Shown here piece after piece: positions 1 through 8,376 of a stretch of 64,000 nt of DNA; within the stretch, counting starts at the first letter, position 1; each line of letters starts with the position of its first letter. The stretch is from Candidatus Woesebacteria bacterium GW2011_GWC1_42_9 (GTDB lineage: Bacteria; Patescibacteriota; Microgenomatia; UBA8517). The stretch lies in the NCBI GenBank assembly GCA_000995185.1, contig LCET01000003.1, forward strand, positions 6,989 to 70,988, given 5' to 3'. Made by a program: the position numbers and the translations under genes. The notes under the pieces were generated by a model. That model ran no database searches. It had not been told where the DNA came from and saw nothing but the letters and a program-made list of their open reading frames with translations.

Positions 1-1
1 C

Positions 2-532
2 CCGATGGAAAATTTCCAAAAAATGTCTAAAGCAGAGGATCCAAAGGAGAGAGCTATCTTGAAAAGAACATTTATGAAGAATATCCGCGCGCACATTAAA
101 GCAATTAGTGGAAAATATATTTTGCCGGAAGAAGGGACGATGGATTTTGCACTCATGTATATTCCGTCCGAGTCAGTTTATTATGAGGTGGTAAATGAGC
201 CGGATTTACTGCAACTGGCTCAGGAATCACGGGTATATCCGGTTTCGCCGACCACGCTTTATGCCCATTTGCAAACGATTCTTTTATCTTTTGAGGGACA
301 AAAGATCGAAACGCGCGCCCGGCAAGTATTTACAATGCTTAGGGCGATCCAAAAGGATTATTCTAAGTTAGAAGAAAATCTCTCCACCCTTCAAAGCCAC
401 ATAGGGAGAGCATATAACAAAATGAGCGATGTCTTAGGTATTTTTAATCACCTTGGTCAAAAAATTAATTCTACTCAAAGCTTGGGTGAAGGTGAAGATG
501 AAACTCAATCAAGAACAATTAGCGGCGATTAG
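2..532 (+). CDS. rmuC: DNA recombination protein RmuC, C-terminal part (5' end outside window)
   Basis: Translation '...MDFALMYIPSESVYYEV...' matches the conserved RmuC C-terminal region. The ORF is open to the window edge. Confidence 0.6.
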   Translation, partial: PMENFQKMSKAEDPKERAILKRTFMKNIRAHIKAISGKYILPEEGTMDFALMYIPSESVYYEVVNEPDLLQLAQESRVYPVSPTTLYAHLQTILLSFEGQKIETRARQVFTMLRAIQKDYSKLEENLSTLQSHIGRAYNKMSDVLGIFNHLGQKINSTQSLGEGEDETQSRTISGD

Positions 533-3341
533 GCATAAGAAAGGTCCGCTTCTGATTATCGCCGGGGCCGGAACTGGAAAGACTACTGTTATTGCCGAGA
601 GAATCAAATTCTTAGTCACTAAAGGCGGCATCAAACCTTCGGAAATATTGGCCTTAACTTTTTCTGAAAAGGCGGCTAGGGAAATGGAGGAGCGGGTGGA
701 TGTGGCTATGCCTTTAGGGTTTACACAAATGTGGATTTCTACCTTCCATAGTTTTTGCGATCAAGTTTTAAAAGATGAGGCCCTTCATGTGGGGCTAGAT
801 CCAAAATTTAATCTTTTTTCTCAAACTGAGTCCATCCAGTTTGTCCGTGATAATTTATTTGAATTTGATCTTGATTATTATCGTCCGCTAGGGAATCCTG
901 ACAAATTTGTGAGGGAGATGCTTACTCATTTTTCGCGCCTTCAGGATGAAGATATAACACCCGCGGATTATATCCGCTGGGTGAATTCAAAATTTAAAAT
1001 TCAAAATTTAAAATTAAATGCAGAAGGAAAAGCGGAATTTACAAGATATATGGAGTTAGCTGGCGCTTATAAAAAGTATGATGAACTTAAAATAAAAAAC
1101 GGCTGTTTTGATTTTGGGGATTTGATTACGAAAACATTGCTCTTGTTTAAGAGCCGCCCAAATGTCCTGGATCGGTATCAGGAAAGGTATAAACATATTT
1201 TGGTGGATGAGTACCAGGACGTTAACTTTGCCCAGAATAAACTTGCCTTATTAATTGCGGAAGGACGTAAAAATATTACGGTTGTTGGCGATGATGACCA
1301 AAGCATCTATCGATTTAGGGGTGCAGCAATTTCAAATATCACCCAATTTAAAAAGGCCTATCCTAAGGCAAAGACGGTGGTGCTTACTAAAAATTATCGC
1401 TCAGGCCAGGAAATATTAGATGGTGCATATAAATTGATCCAAAGCAATAACCCAGATCGGTTGGAAATATCAGAGAAAATAGATAAAAAATTAATGGCAG
1501 CCACAAAAACGGTTGCCAGTATCAGATTTTTCCACGAAAGTAGTGCCAATGGTGAGGCGCTAAGTGTGGCCCGAGAAATTAGCAAATTAACTAAGAGGAG
1601 ATATGATTATTCGGATATCGCGGTTTTAGTGCGGGCAAATAATCACGCTGACGCCTTCATTACTGCTTTTGAAAAAAACAATTTGCCGCATCAATTCTTG
1701 GGACCAGGGAAACTGTTTCAACAAGAGGAGATCATAAACATTATTTCATATTTGAAAGTATTGGTTGATCAAACTGACTCTGTTTCTTTGTTTGACTTTC
1801 TTTCATCAGAGTTTTGTCATTTTTCGGTAAAAAGGCTTCAGGGATTATTAGGACGCGCAAAGCGGGAGAAACGGCCTTTTTATGAAATATTGAGGGGAAA
1901 TGATGATGAAAAAATGAAGAGAATCTTGGAAATGATCGATCGGCATATAGAGCTCTTGCCCCGGGAGAGGACAAGTAGGATCGTATTTTTATTGCTCAAG
2001 GAAACAGAAAGACTTGAAAAGTTAATGGACCCGAGCCTTTCCAAATTGGAGACTGAAGCGGCAAATATTGCTAAATTATTTAGTCGCCTGAGTGAGTATG
2101 AGGCTGTTCACAGAATGGCGAGAGTAAGTGAAGTTGTTAGCTGGATTGAATTGGCATCTGAGTTTGGAGAAAGCCCTGCCGCGGCGAATATTGACTGGAG
2201 CAATGAGAATGCTGTAAACATCCTCACGATTCACTCGGCTAAGGGTCTCGAGTTTCCGGTTGTATTTTTAGTAAATTTGGTCGCTGGACGCTTTCCTTCG
2301 ATGTATCGGCGCGAGCAAATACCAATTCCTGATGAGTTAATTAAAGAGAAACTGCCGGAAGGGGATTTTCATCTGGAGGAGGAGCGGCGGTTATTTTATG
2401 TCGGGATGACGCGCGCGCAAGAAAAATTATATTTTACAGCGGCGGATTATTACGGAGAAGGGAAACGCGCTAAAAAATTATCACCTTTTATAGTCGAAGC
2501 ACTTGGAGATCAGCCACCGTCGCTAGAAATTTTCAATAAAAATACTGTATTTCCAAAATTTGTTAAAAAGGAAAAATTACCCATTAAGCATCACCCATTA
2601 TCCATCCACATTGATTTTCTATCTTATTCTCAGATTGAGGCATTTAAAATTTGCCCGCTGCACTATAAATTGAGCTATATTTTAAAGATCCCGACCCCAA
2701 AGACCGCGGCACAAAGCTTCGGGACGAGTATACACGAGACTCTCAAAGATTTTTATATTGCACTCAAAGCGGGAGAAAAACCAGATCGGAGGTTAATTAA
2801 TCGACTTCTCTCAAAAAATTGGGACCCAGAGGGCTATAAAAATATTGCTCATAACAAAGAAGCTCTAAAAAAAGCCAAATATGTTTTAAAAAATTATCTA
2901 AGAGGCTTATTTAATCCAAAAATAAATACTTTGGCCGCGGAGCAAAAATTTATCTTTAAATTAAAGGATTTGAAAGTGGGTGGGAAAATTGACCGCATTG
3001 ATAAGCAAGGGGACACCCTTGAGGTAATTGACTACAAAACCGGGAGCAAATTGCCGAGTCAAAGGGAAGTAGATGCCAATCTCCAGCTTTCGATTTATGC
3101 TTTGGCGATTAATAAAATAAATGACTTTCCTTTCAAAAAAAATTATAAAAAATTGAAATTGTCATTAATTTACCTCGATCCCTTAACAAAAATTACAACT
3201 TCAAGGACGATTGATGAATTAAAAAGCGCCGAAAAAGAGCTATTTAATTATAAAAAGAAAATTGAGGAGTCTGATTTTATATGTTCAAATACTCCAATTT
3301 GTGCCAATTGCGAATATTCCAGCTTCTGCAATAGAGGTTGA
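495..3341 (+). CDS. UvrD/PcrA-like superfamily-1 helicase fused to a C-terminal Cas4/AddB-type PD-(D/E)XK nuclease with a 4-Cys cluster
   Basis: N-terminus 'EQLAAI...GPLLIIAGAGTGKTTVI' contains Walker A. Helicase motifs include 'VDEYQD' and 'TIHSAKGLEF'. The C-terminal part has 'CPLHY...IHETL...IDRID...EVIDYKTG...QLSIYA...CxxxxxCxxCxxxxxC'. Start chosen at the Met 14 codons into the ORF (overlaps rmuC). Confidence 0.8.
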   Translation, partial: KMKLNQEQLAAIRHKKGPLLIIAGAGTGKTTVIAERIKFLVTKGGIKPSEILALTFSEKAAREMEERVDVAMPLGFTQMWISTFHSFCDQVLKDEALHVGLDPKFNLFSQTESIQFVRDNLFEFDLDYYRPLGNPDKFVREMLTHFSRLQDEDITPADYIRWVNSKFKIQNLKLNAEGKAEFTRYMELAGAYKKYDELKIKNGCFDFGDLITKTLLLFKSRPNVLDRYQERYKHILVDEYQDVNFAQNKLALLIAEGRKNITVVGDDDQSIYRFRGAAISNITQFKKAYPKAKTVVLTKNYRSGQEILDGAYKLIQSNNPDRLEISEKIDKKLMAATKTVASIRFFHESSANGEALSVAREISKLTKRRYDYSDIAVLVRANNHADAFITAFEKNNLPHQFLGPGKLFQQEEIINIISYLKVLVDQTDSVSLFDFLSSEFCHFSVKRLQGLLGRAKREKRPFYEILRGNDDEKMKRILEMIDRHIELLPRERTSRIVFLLLKETERLEKLMDPSLSKLETEAANIAKLFSRLSEYEAVHRMARVSEVVSWIELASEFGESPAAANIDWSNENAVNILTIHSAKGLEFPVVFLVNLVAGRFPSMYRREQIPIPDELIKEKLPEGDFHLEEERRLFYVGMTRAQEKLYFTAADYYGEGKRAKKLSPFIVEALGDQPPSLEIFNKNTVFPKFVKKEKLPIKHHPLSIHIDFLSYSQIEAFKICPLHYKLSYILKIPTPKTAAQSFGTSIHETLKDFYIALKAGEKPDRRLINRLLSKNWDPEGYKNIAHNKEALKKAKYVLKNYLRGLFNPKINTLAAEQKFIFKLKDLKVGGKIDRIDKQGDTLEVIDYKTGSKLPSQREVDANLQLSIYALAINKINDFPFKKNYKKLKLSLIYLDPLTKITTSRTIDELKSAEKELFNYKKKIEESDFICSNTPICANCEYSSFCNRG

Positions 3342-3624
3342 TATTACCCCAATATTATGGTATAAATTGCATGGCGTTTATTATGCCAACACTCATTTGC
3401 GAGTGTATTTATTGGCTGCGGGGATGTCGAGACACTCGATGGATAAACATTATCCAGTTCCCCGCAGGCCAAATCTAAACTCCGGCTTGACCCCATAATG
3501 GTTCTTCGATATAAATGAATTAGCTCGAGCTAACACCTATTTGACTATAAAGAAAGGACGCTTATGAGCTTGTCAGTAGTGTCCATGTTCTGGTTTGTCT
3601 TTTAGGAGGTGATCTAGCTTGTTG

Positions 3625-3669
3625 GTTGGCGGGAATTTCCTTCCACTCTCCCGCCAACTTCCTTTTTTT
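3625..3669 (+). terminator. Rho-independent terminator (10-bp GC-rich stem, 14-nt loop, T7 run)
   Basis: gttggcggga (3625-3634) pairs with tcccgccaac (3649-3658), followed by ttcc and TTTTTTT (3663-3669). Oriented for the + strand. It overlaps the stop codon of the minus-strand gene ending at 3668. Confidence 0.6.
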
Positions 3670-4525
3670 AAAATCTCCAAGAATTCTTGACAAGCTTATA
3701 ATTTTTGATAAAATTCTTTTTAGAAAACGCTCCTGGGAACTCAACTTCATATCCCCCGAAACTTTTTTTGAAATGTGTGAACCCGAGCCATTTTTTGTTT
3801 GGAAAGCGCTTGTCATAGATCCCTTCAAAATCAAATTTTTTAGCTCCTCTTTTTTTGGCCCACAATATCCCTTCCCAGAGGATTTTGTATTGCACTAGAT
3901 TTTTCCTACTTTCTTTATTTGTGAACGCAAACCAATAATATCCAATGTCTTTCGATTTTAAAAACACCGCCCCTGCCTTATTTAGTTTTTGTGTTCTAGA
4001 ACATGATAACAAGAGGCAATTGTCTTCAAATGCTTTTTTGAGGGAAGTAAGATTATTTAGACTTGGGACATAGCGAGAAAAGGGGACTGAGGCTTTCCAA
4101 TTCTTATGAAATTTCTCAATATTATTTTCTTCTATGCACTTTATTCTATGTTCTATGTTCTTTCTTAGCGAATATTTGCAATCTTTTTTTAGTTGTTGAT
4201 ATAGTTTCTTTTGAGTTAGCGTGAGATCTAGTTGCAGGGTCTTACTTGGGGAGTAAGCAGCCGTTTGCTTGAATTTATTATCCATTAACCATAATCCATT
4301 ATTTATTGATTGTGGCTCCACGACGATCCTAAATATTTTGTATTTATTGCTTAATTTTTTAAGATCATGTTCATTTAGTACTGCGTCATAGCGTTGGATT
4401 TTTACAAAATGCCCGATGATTGGAAACTTTTTTATGAAGTAATAAACCCCACTTATTTTTTCCGCCTTCCATCCCAAAGCCCGCATATATTTGGCATATT
4501 GAGGTGTTTGCCTGATATCTGTCAT
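3668..4525 (-). CDS. FemAB-family peptidoglycan interpeptide-bridge aminoacyltransferase (paralog 2)
   Basis: 285 aa with a FemX/FemA-like C-terminal pattern '...YYWFAFTNKE...ILWEGILWAKKRGAKKFDFEGI'. Tandem with the next gene. Confidence 0.55.
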   Translation of the reverse strand: MTDIRQTPQYAKYMRALGWKAEKISGVYYFIKKFPIIGHFVKIQRYDAVLNEHDLKKLSNKYKIFRIVVEPQSINNGLWLMDNKFKQTAAYSPSKTLQLDLTLTQKKLYQQLKKDCKYSLRKNIEHRIKCIEENNIEKFHKNWKASVPFSRYVPSLNNLTSLKKAFEDNCLLLSCSRTQKLNKAGAVFLKSKDIGYYWFAFTNKESRKNLVQYKILWEGILWAKKRGAKKFDFEGIYDKRFPNKKWLGFTHFKKSFGGYEVEFPGAFSKKNFIKNYKLVKNSWRF

Positions 4526-5473
4526 TTAAAAACTCGGTTTGGTGAAGCGCGATTTTATGCGAAGGAGCCTCCATCGAAGATAATCGGCAAAGCGATATGG
4601 CCAGTAAAGTTTACTGGTGACTAAATCCCAAGTGCCGATAAATTCAACCACTTCTGGAGTGTAGCCTTCTTTGAATTTAGTAAATCCCTTGCCTTCTTCT
4701 CTGCCCCATAAATCAAAAGTCTTAAGTTTCAATTTGCGTCCAAGGCGTATCGCTTCCCACATCAGTAAGTTACTGGGCATGAGTCGAGAGTGATTTGGAT
4801 TTGAAGTGGATGCGCCGTATGGGTAGTATAAAAAGCCCTTCCAGGCGAATAAAATCCAGGCGGCAATAATTTCATTTTTATATTTGGCGACGAGCAATTT
4901 TGCAATGCCGGCCTTGTTGAGTACTCCCCACATCAAGCGATGATAGCGCTCGCTATGGGCGTAAAACCTTTGTCTTTTTACAGTTCCTCGGGTTAATCTG
5001 ATGTAGCTATCAAAGGCTGCGCCGCTATTGTCGTTTGTGACAGCCACGCCTTTTTTTTGGGCAAGTCGGATGTTATAGCGAGTTTTGCCAGAAAAACTTT
5101 TTAAGAGGCTCTCTTCGCTTTTGGTTAGATCGATCCAGAAAGTAGTTGGAGTAAAAAGAGTTTTCCCTTTGACACAACCACTTGTCTTAAGGAGTCTTTC
5201 TAAAGAAGCGCTTTTTTTCACAAACGGCTCAAGTTTGATAAAGATTAATTTTTGTTCAGCCGCTACTTTCTTGAGGTCAGTAAGTGATTTTCGTGTTGGC
5301 GCATTTCCCCGGATTAGCATCCCAACTTTTTTGTTTGTAAACGGAGGCTTATGTAGTGTTAGAAGCCCGTGAGGTGTGTAAATTACCTCATTCCCCCAGG
5401 CTTTTCTAAATTCCCCCCATTCATGCGTTTGCAAGGGGTGCGGAGCAAGTTTATTTACTTCTTCGCGGTTCAT
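4526..5473 (-). CDS. FemAB-family peptidoglycan interpeptide-bridge aminoacyltransferase (paralog 1)
   Basis: 315 aa. '...FLYYPYGASTSNPNHSRLMPSNLLMWEAIRLGRKLKLKTFDLWG' resembles the FemX 'YMYAGS...YAVQ...WA...YDLGG' core. Confidence 0.6.
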   Translation of the reverse strand: MNREEVNKLAPHPLQTHEWGEFRKAWGNEVIYTPHGLLTLHKPPFTNKKVGMLIRGNAPTRKSLTDLKKVAAEQKLIFIKLEPFVKKSASLERLLKTSGCVKGKTLFTPTTFWIDLTKSEESLLKSFSGKTRYNIRLAQKKGVAVTNDNSGAAFDSYIRLTRGTVKRQRFYAHSERYHRLMWGVLNKAGIAKLLVAKYKNEIIAAWILFAWKGFLYYPYGASTSNPNHSRLMPSNLLMWEAIRLGRKLKLKTFDLWGREEGKGFTKFKEGYTPEVVEFIGTWDLVTSKLYWPYRFADYLRWRLLRIKSRFTKPSF

Positions 5474-7296
5474 TAATCAAAATTATACTCTTTAACGGGA
5501 GTGTAGGAGAAATTATCGGAAGTGTCTAAAAGATCTTCGGGGATCTCGGATAAGAAGCGTGAAGGGGGATTCGTAATCCTTTGGCCGAAGTAGAGCCTTC
5601 TTTCGGCATAGGTGAGATATAAAACTTCTTTTGCCCGGGTGATCCCGACGTAGGCCAATCTTCTTTCTTCTTCCAATTGCTCGCGGTCAAAAAGCGATCG
5701 AGAGTGAGGGAAAAGCCCTTCCTCGAGGCCAGTGATAAATACAACAGGGAACTCGAGCCCCTTAGCCGCATGAAGGGTCATTAGGGTGACTTTATCGTGT
5801 TCACTTGTAGTCTGCTCTTTTTGGACGAGGGAAATATTTTCTAAAAATTGAAGCAAGTTAGAATGTTCCTGGGCGACGGATCGAAGCTCCTTAATGTTTT
5901 CTAGGTGGCTAAAGTTTTCCTCAGTTTCTTGGGAGTATTTATCCAAATAGTGAGTATTGCTAACTACCGCGTCTAATATCTCAAGGGAGGTTAGTTGTTC
6001 TTGGTCAAGTTTTCCTTTTATCTCTATGAATTTCTCAAAACGCCGTTTCCCAATTTTTTGGGCGCGCTTTAGGGCGACAGTGTCTTTGGGGTTAACCACA
6101 AGCCGGAGGTAGCTTAGGATGTCTTTGATCTCGGCTCGATCGTAAAAACGCGTCCCGCCAACAATTGTGTAGGGGATATCTATATGGAGCATTGCTTCTT
6201 CAATTACCCTGGATTGCGCGTTTGTGCGATAAAGTACCGCAATATCATTCCAATTAAATCCGGTGCGGGCGAGGCCCCCGATTTTTTCTGCAATATAGCG
6301 TGCTTCATCTAAACCATTTTGCGCTTGATAGAGCTTGATGTGCTCCCCATCAGTATTTTTGGTCCAAAGCTTTAAAATTGGATGAGAGGAGTTTTTTGAA
6401 ATGACGGCGTTAGCAGTTGAAAGGATTTTTTGGGTAGAGCGATAGTTTTGCTCCAGATTAATAATTTTTAGATTTTTGTAATCTCGTTTCAAGTAATCGA
6501 TATTTTTATAATCTGCCCCGCGCCAACTGTAGATTGATTGGCTTGCGTCTCCGACGGCAGTGATATTTTCATTCTTGCCGACCAAAAGTTTCGTAAGTTC
6601 ATACTGGACTTTATTGGTGTCCTGCCATTCATCCACCAGGACAAAAGTTAGCTTACTTTGCCATTTGGATAAGATTTTCGGGTTTTTAGTGAACAATAAA
6701 ACGGCTTTGATCAGCAGATCGTCAAAATCAAGCGCCCCCGCTTCTAATAAATATTTTTCGTACTCAAGATATATTTTAAATATTTTTTTCTGCCGGTCGC
6801 CTTGTGCAATTTCGCCATATTGAAGCGGAGTGATCCCTCTGCATTTTGCATCTGAAATTTGAGCGAGCACGCCTCCTGGATTATATGAATCTCGAGACAA
6901 ATTTAAATCGAGAAGGATTTCTCCGATGGCATGCTTCTGATCAGACTCATCGTAAATTATGAAATTTTGTTCAATCCCTATTGACTGTCCCTCAACCCTG
7001 AGAAGTTTTACGCAAAAACTATGAAATGTCCCAGACATCGATGGGACCACCCCGGTTAGTTTAAGAATCCGATCTTTCATCTCAGAAGCGGCCTTATTGG
7101 TAAAAGTCAAAAGCAGGACACTGTCTGGGCTTACCCCTTTTTCTTTCATCAGCCAGGCTGCCCTGTATGTCAGGACCCTCGTTTTCCCAGATCCGGCTCC
7201 GGCCAAAATTAGTAAGGGACCATCTTCGTGGACCACAGCTTGGGCTTGTTGTTCGTTTAGATTTGCGAGTAAAATGGACTTCACGGCAAGTTTCAT
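5473..7296 (-). CDS. pcrA: ATP-dependent DNA helicase, UvrD/PcrA/Rep family
   Basis: 'LNEQQAQAV...GPLLILAGAGSGKTRVLTYR' (Walker A), 'VDEWQDTN', 'LEQNYRST', 'LMTLHAAKGLEFPVVF', 'ERRLAYVGITRA'. Confidence 0.85.
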   Translation of the reverse strand: MKLAVKSILLANLNEQQAQAVVHEDGPLLILAGAGSGKTRVLTYRAAWLMKEKGVSPDSVLLLTFTNKAASEMKDRILKLTGVVPSMSGTFHSFCVKLLRVEGQSIGIEQNFIIYDESDQKHAIGEILLDLNLSRDSYNPGGVLAQISDAKCRGITPLQYGEIAQGDRQKKIFKIYLEYEKYLLEAGALDFDDLLIKAVLLFTKNPKILSKWQSKLTFVLVDEWQDTNKVQYELTKLLVGKNENITAVGDASQSIYSWRGADYKNIDYLKRDYKNLKIINLEQNYRSTQKILSTANAVISKNSSHPILKLWTKNTDGEHIKLYQAQNGLDEARYIAEKIGGLARTGFNWNDIAVLYRTNAQSRVIEEAMLHIDIPYTIVGGTRFYDRAEIKDILSYLRLVVNPKDTVALKRAQKIGKRRFEKFIEIKGKLDQEQLTSLEILDAVVSNTHYLDKYSQETEENFSHLENIKELRSVAQEHSNLLQFLENISLVQKEQTTSEHDKVTLMTLHAAKGLEFPVVFITGLEEGLFPHSRSLFDREQLEEERRLAYVGITRAKEVLYLTYAERRLYFGQRITNPPSRFLSEIPEDLLDTSDNFSYTPVKEYNFD

Positions 7297-7302
7297 TCTA
7301 AC

Positions 7303-8376
7303 ATGCTTGATTCAAAAGAATTGGGAAAGATCAAAAGAAAAATATTGTCCCGCCATTATGTTTTGGTACGGGCTGTCTTAGCCTCGGCATTAATACTTTT
7401 GTTTTTGTTGGTTATTTGGGGGATCCTTGGTTTTTTAAAAAAAACGGTCGTTGGTAAGTACACTGGCATTGCCAGATCTTTCATTGTCACTCCAAAGAAC
7501 CAAATATTTGCAATAGACGGAAAAACAAACATTCTTGTATTAGGAAAAGCCGGTGAAGGAAATATCGCTCCGGATTTGACTGATACGATAATGCTTGCGT
7601 CGGTTGACCATGAAAATGGGACTATAAAATTGGTTTCCTTGCCGAGGGATATTTGGATTGAGGACTTGAGAGCAAAGCTTAACAGTGTTTACTACTGGGG
7701 GGAAGAAAAGAAAGAAGGGGGAGGGATAGTACTGGCGAAATCTGTAGTGGAGGAGATTACTGGCATACCGGTGCACTATGCGGTGGTGGTAGATTTTTCC
7801 GGCTTTAGTGAAATTATTAATACTTTGGGTGGGATCGAGGTAAATGTTGACCGTTCGTTTACAGATGAGGATTACCCCATCCCCGGGAAGGAAGCGGATG
7901 AATGTGAGGGGGACCCAGACTTTTTATGTCGGTATGAGACGATTCATTTTGATGCTGGGACGCAAATGATGGATGGAGCAACGGCACTTAAATTTGTCCG
8001 ATCAAGAAATTCAAAGGACCCAGAAGAGGGGACAGATTTAGCGCGGTCGGTCAGACAGCAGAGAGTGCTGGCTTCGATTAAAAATAAAGCCCTAAGCTCC
8101 GAGACCCTTTTTTCGTTTAGTAAATTAAAAAGCCTTCAGGGGGAGGTGGATAATATGATCGAGACGGATCTTGATGAGCGAGGATTGGCAATTTTGGCCA
8201 GAAGAGCGCTGGAAGCAAAAGACAACTTTTTAGCTATGAGTATGCCAGAGGAGCTATTAATAAACCCACCCTTAAGCCACAAATACGATAATCTTTATGT
8301 ATTTGTCCCAAGGAGCGAAAACTGGGATGAGATTAGGTCTTGGTTTGAAGATGTTTTTGCCAACATTAATTATTAG
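7303..8376 (+). CDS. LytR-CpsA-Psr (LCP) family cell-envelope polymer transferase
   Basis: N-terminal TM, then 'TNILVLGKAGEG...DTIMLASVDHENGTIKLVSLPRD...VVVDFSGFSEIINTLGGIEV', typical of the LCP catalytic domain. Confidence 0.75.
   Translation: MLDSKELGKIKRKILSRHYVLVRAVLASALILLFLLVIWGILGFLKKTVVGKYTGIARSFIVTPKNQIFAIDGKTNILVLGKAGEGNIAPDLTDTIMLASVDHENGTIKLVSLPRDIWIEDLRAKLNSVYYWGEEKKEGGGIVLAKSVVEEITGIPVHYAVVVDFSGFSEIINTLGGIEVNVDRSFTDEDYPIPGKEADECEGDPDFLCRYETIHFDAGTQMMDGATALKFVRSRNSKDPEEGTDLARSVRQQRVLASIKNKALSSETLFSFSKLKSLQGEVDNMIETDLDERGLAILARRALEAKDNFLAMSMPEELLINPPLSHKYDNLYVFVPRSENWDEIRSWFEDVFANINY

Noticed and set aside
3411-3474. Possible tRNA or tmRNA-like gene (GCGGGGA…TCCCCGC-A-GGCCA ends)
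   Set aside because: Only 34 nt separate the acceptor-like strands. There are two arms instead of four, no T-loop GTTCRANYC, and no D-arm consensus. The whole region is too short for a tmRNA. Kept only as a generic structured-RNA candidate.
3600-3616. GGAGGTGATC resembles the complement of the 16S rRNA 3' end (GATCACCTCCT on the minus strand)
   Set aside because: No flanking rRNA-like sequence. An isolated 11-mer match is expected by chance in 64 kb.
3626-3898. 90-aa + strand ORF overlapping the FemAB-like gene on the opposite strand
   Set aside because: It lies entirely antisense to a well-supported CDS and has low-complexity composition. It is most likely a shadow ORF. Its 5' part is the terminator hairpin.
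7294-7305. Divergent start codons of pcrA (-) and LCP (+) only 6 nt apart as a shared regulatory site
   Set aside because: There is too little sequence to hold promoters. The promoters must lie inside the coding regions. Nothing specific is visible, so it was not reported as a feature.
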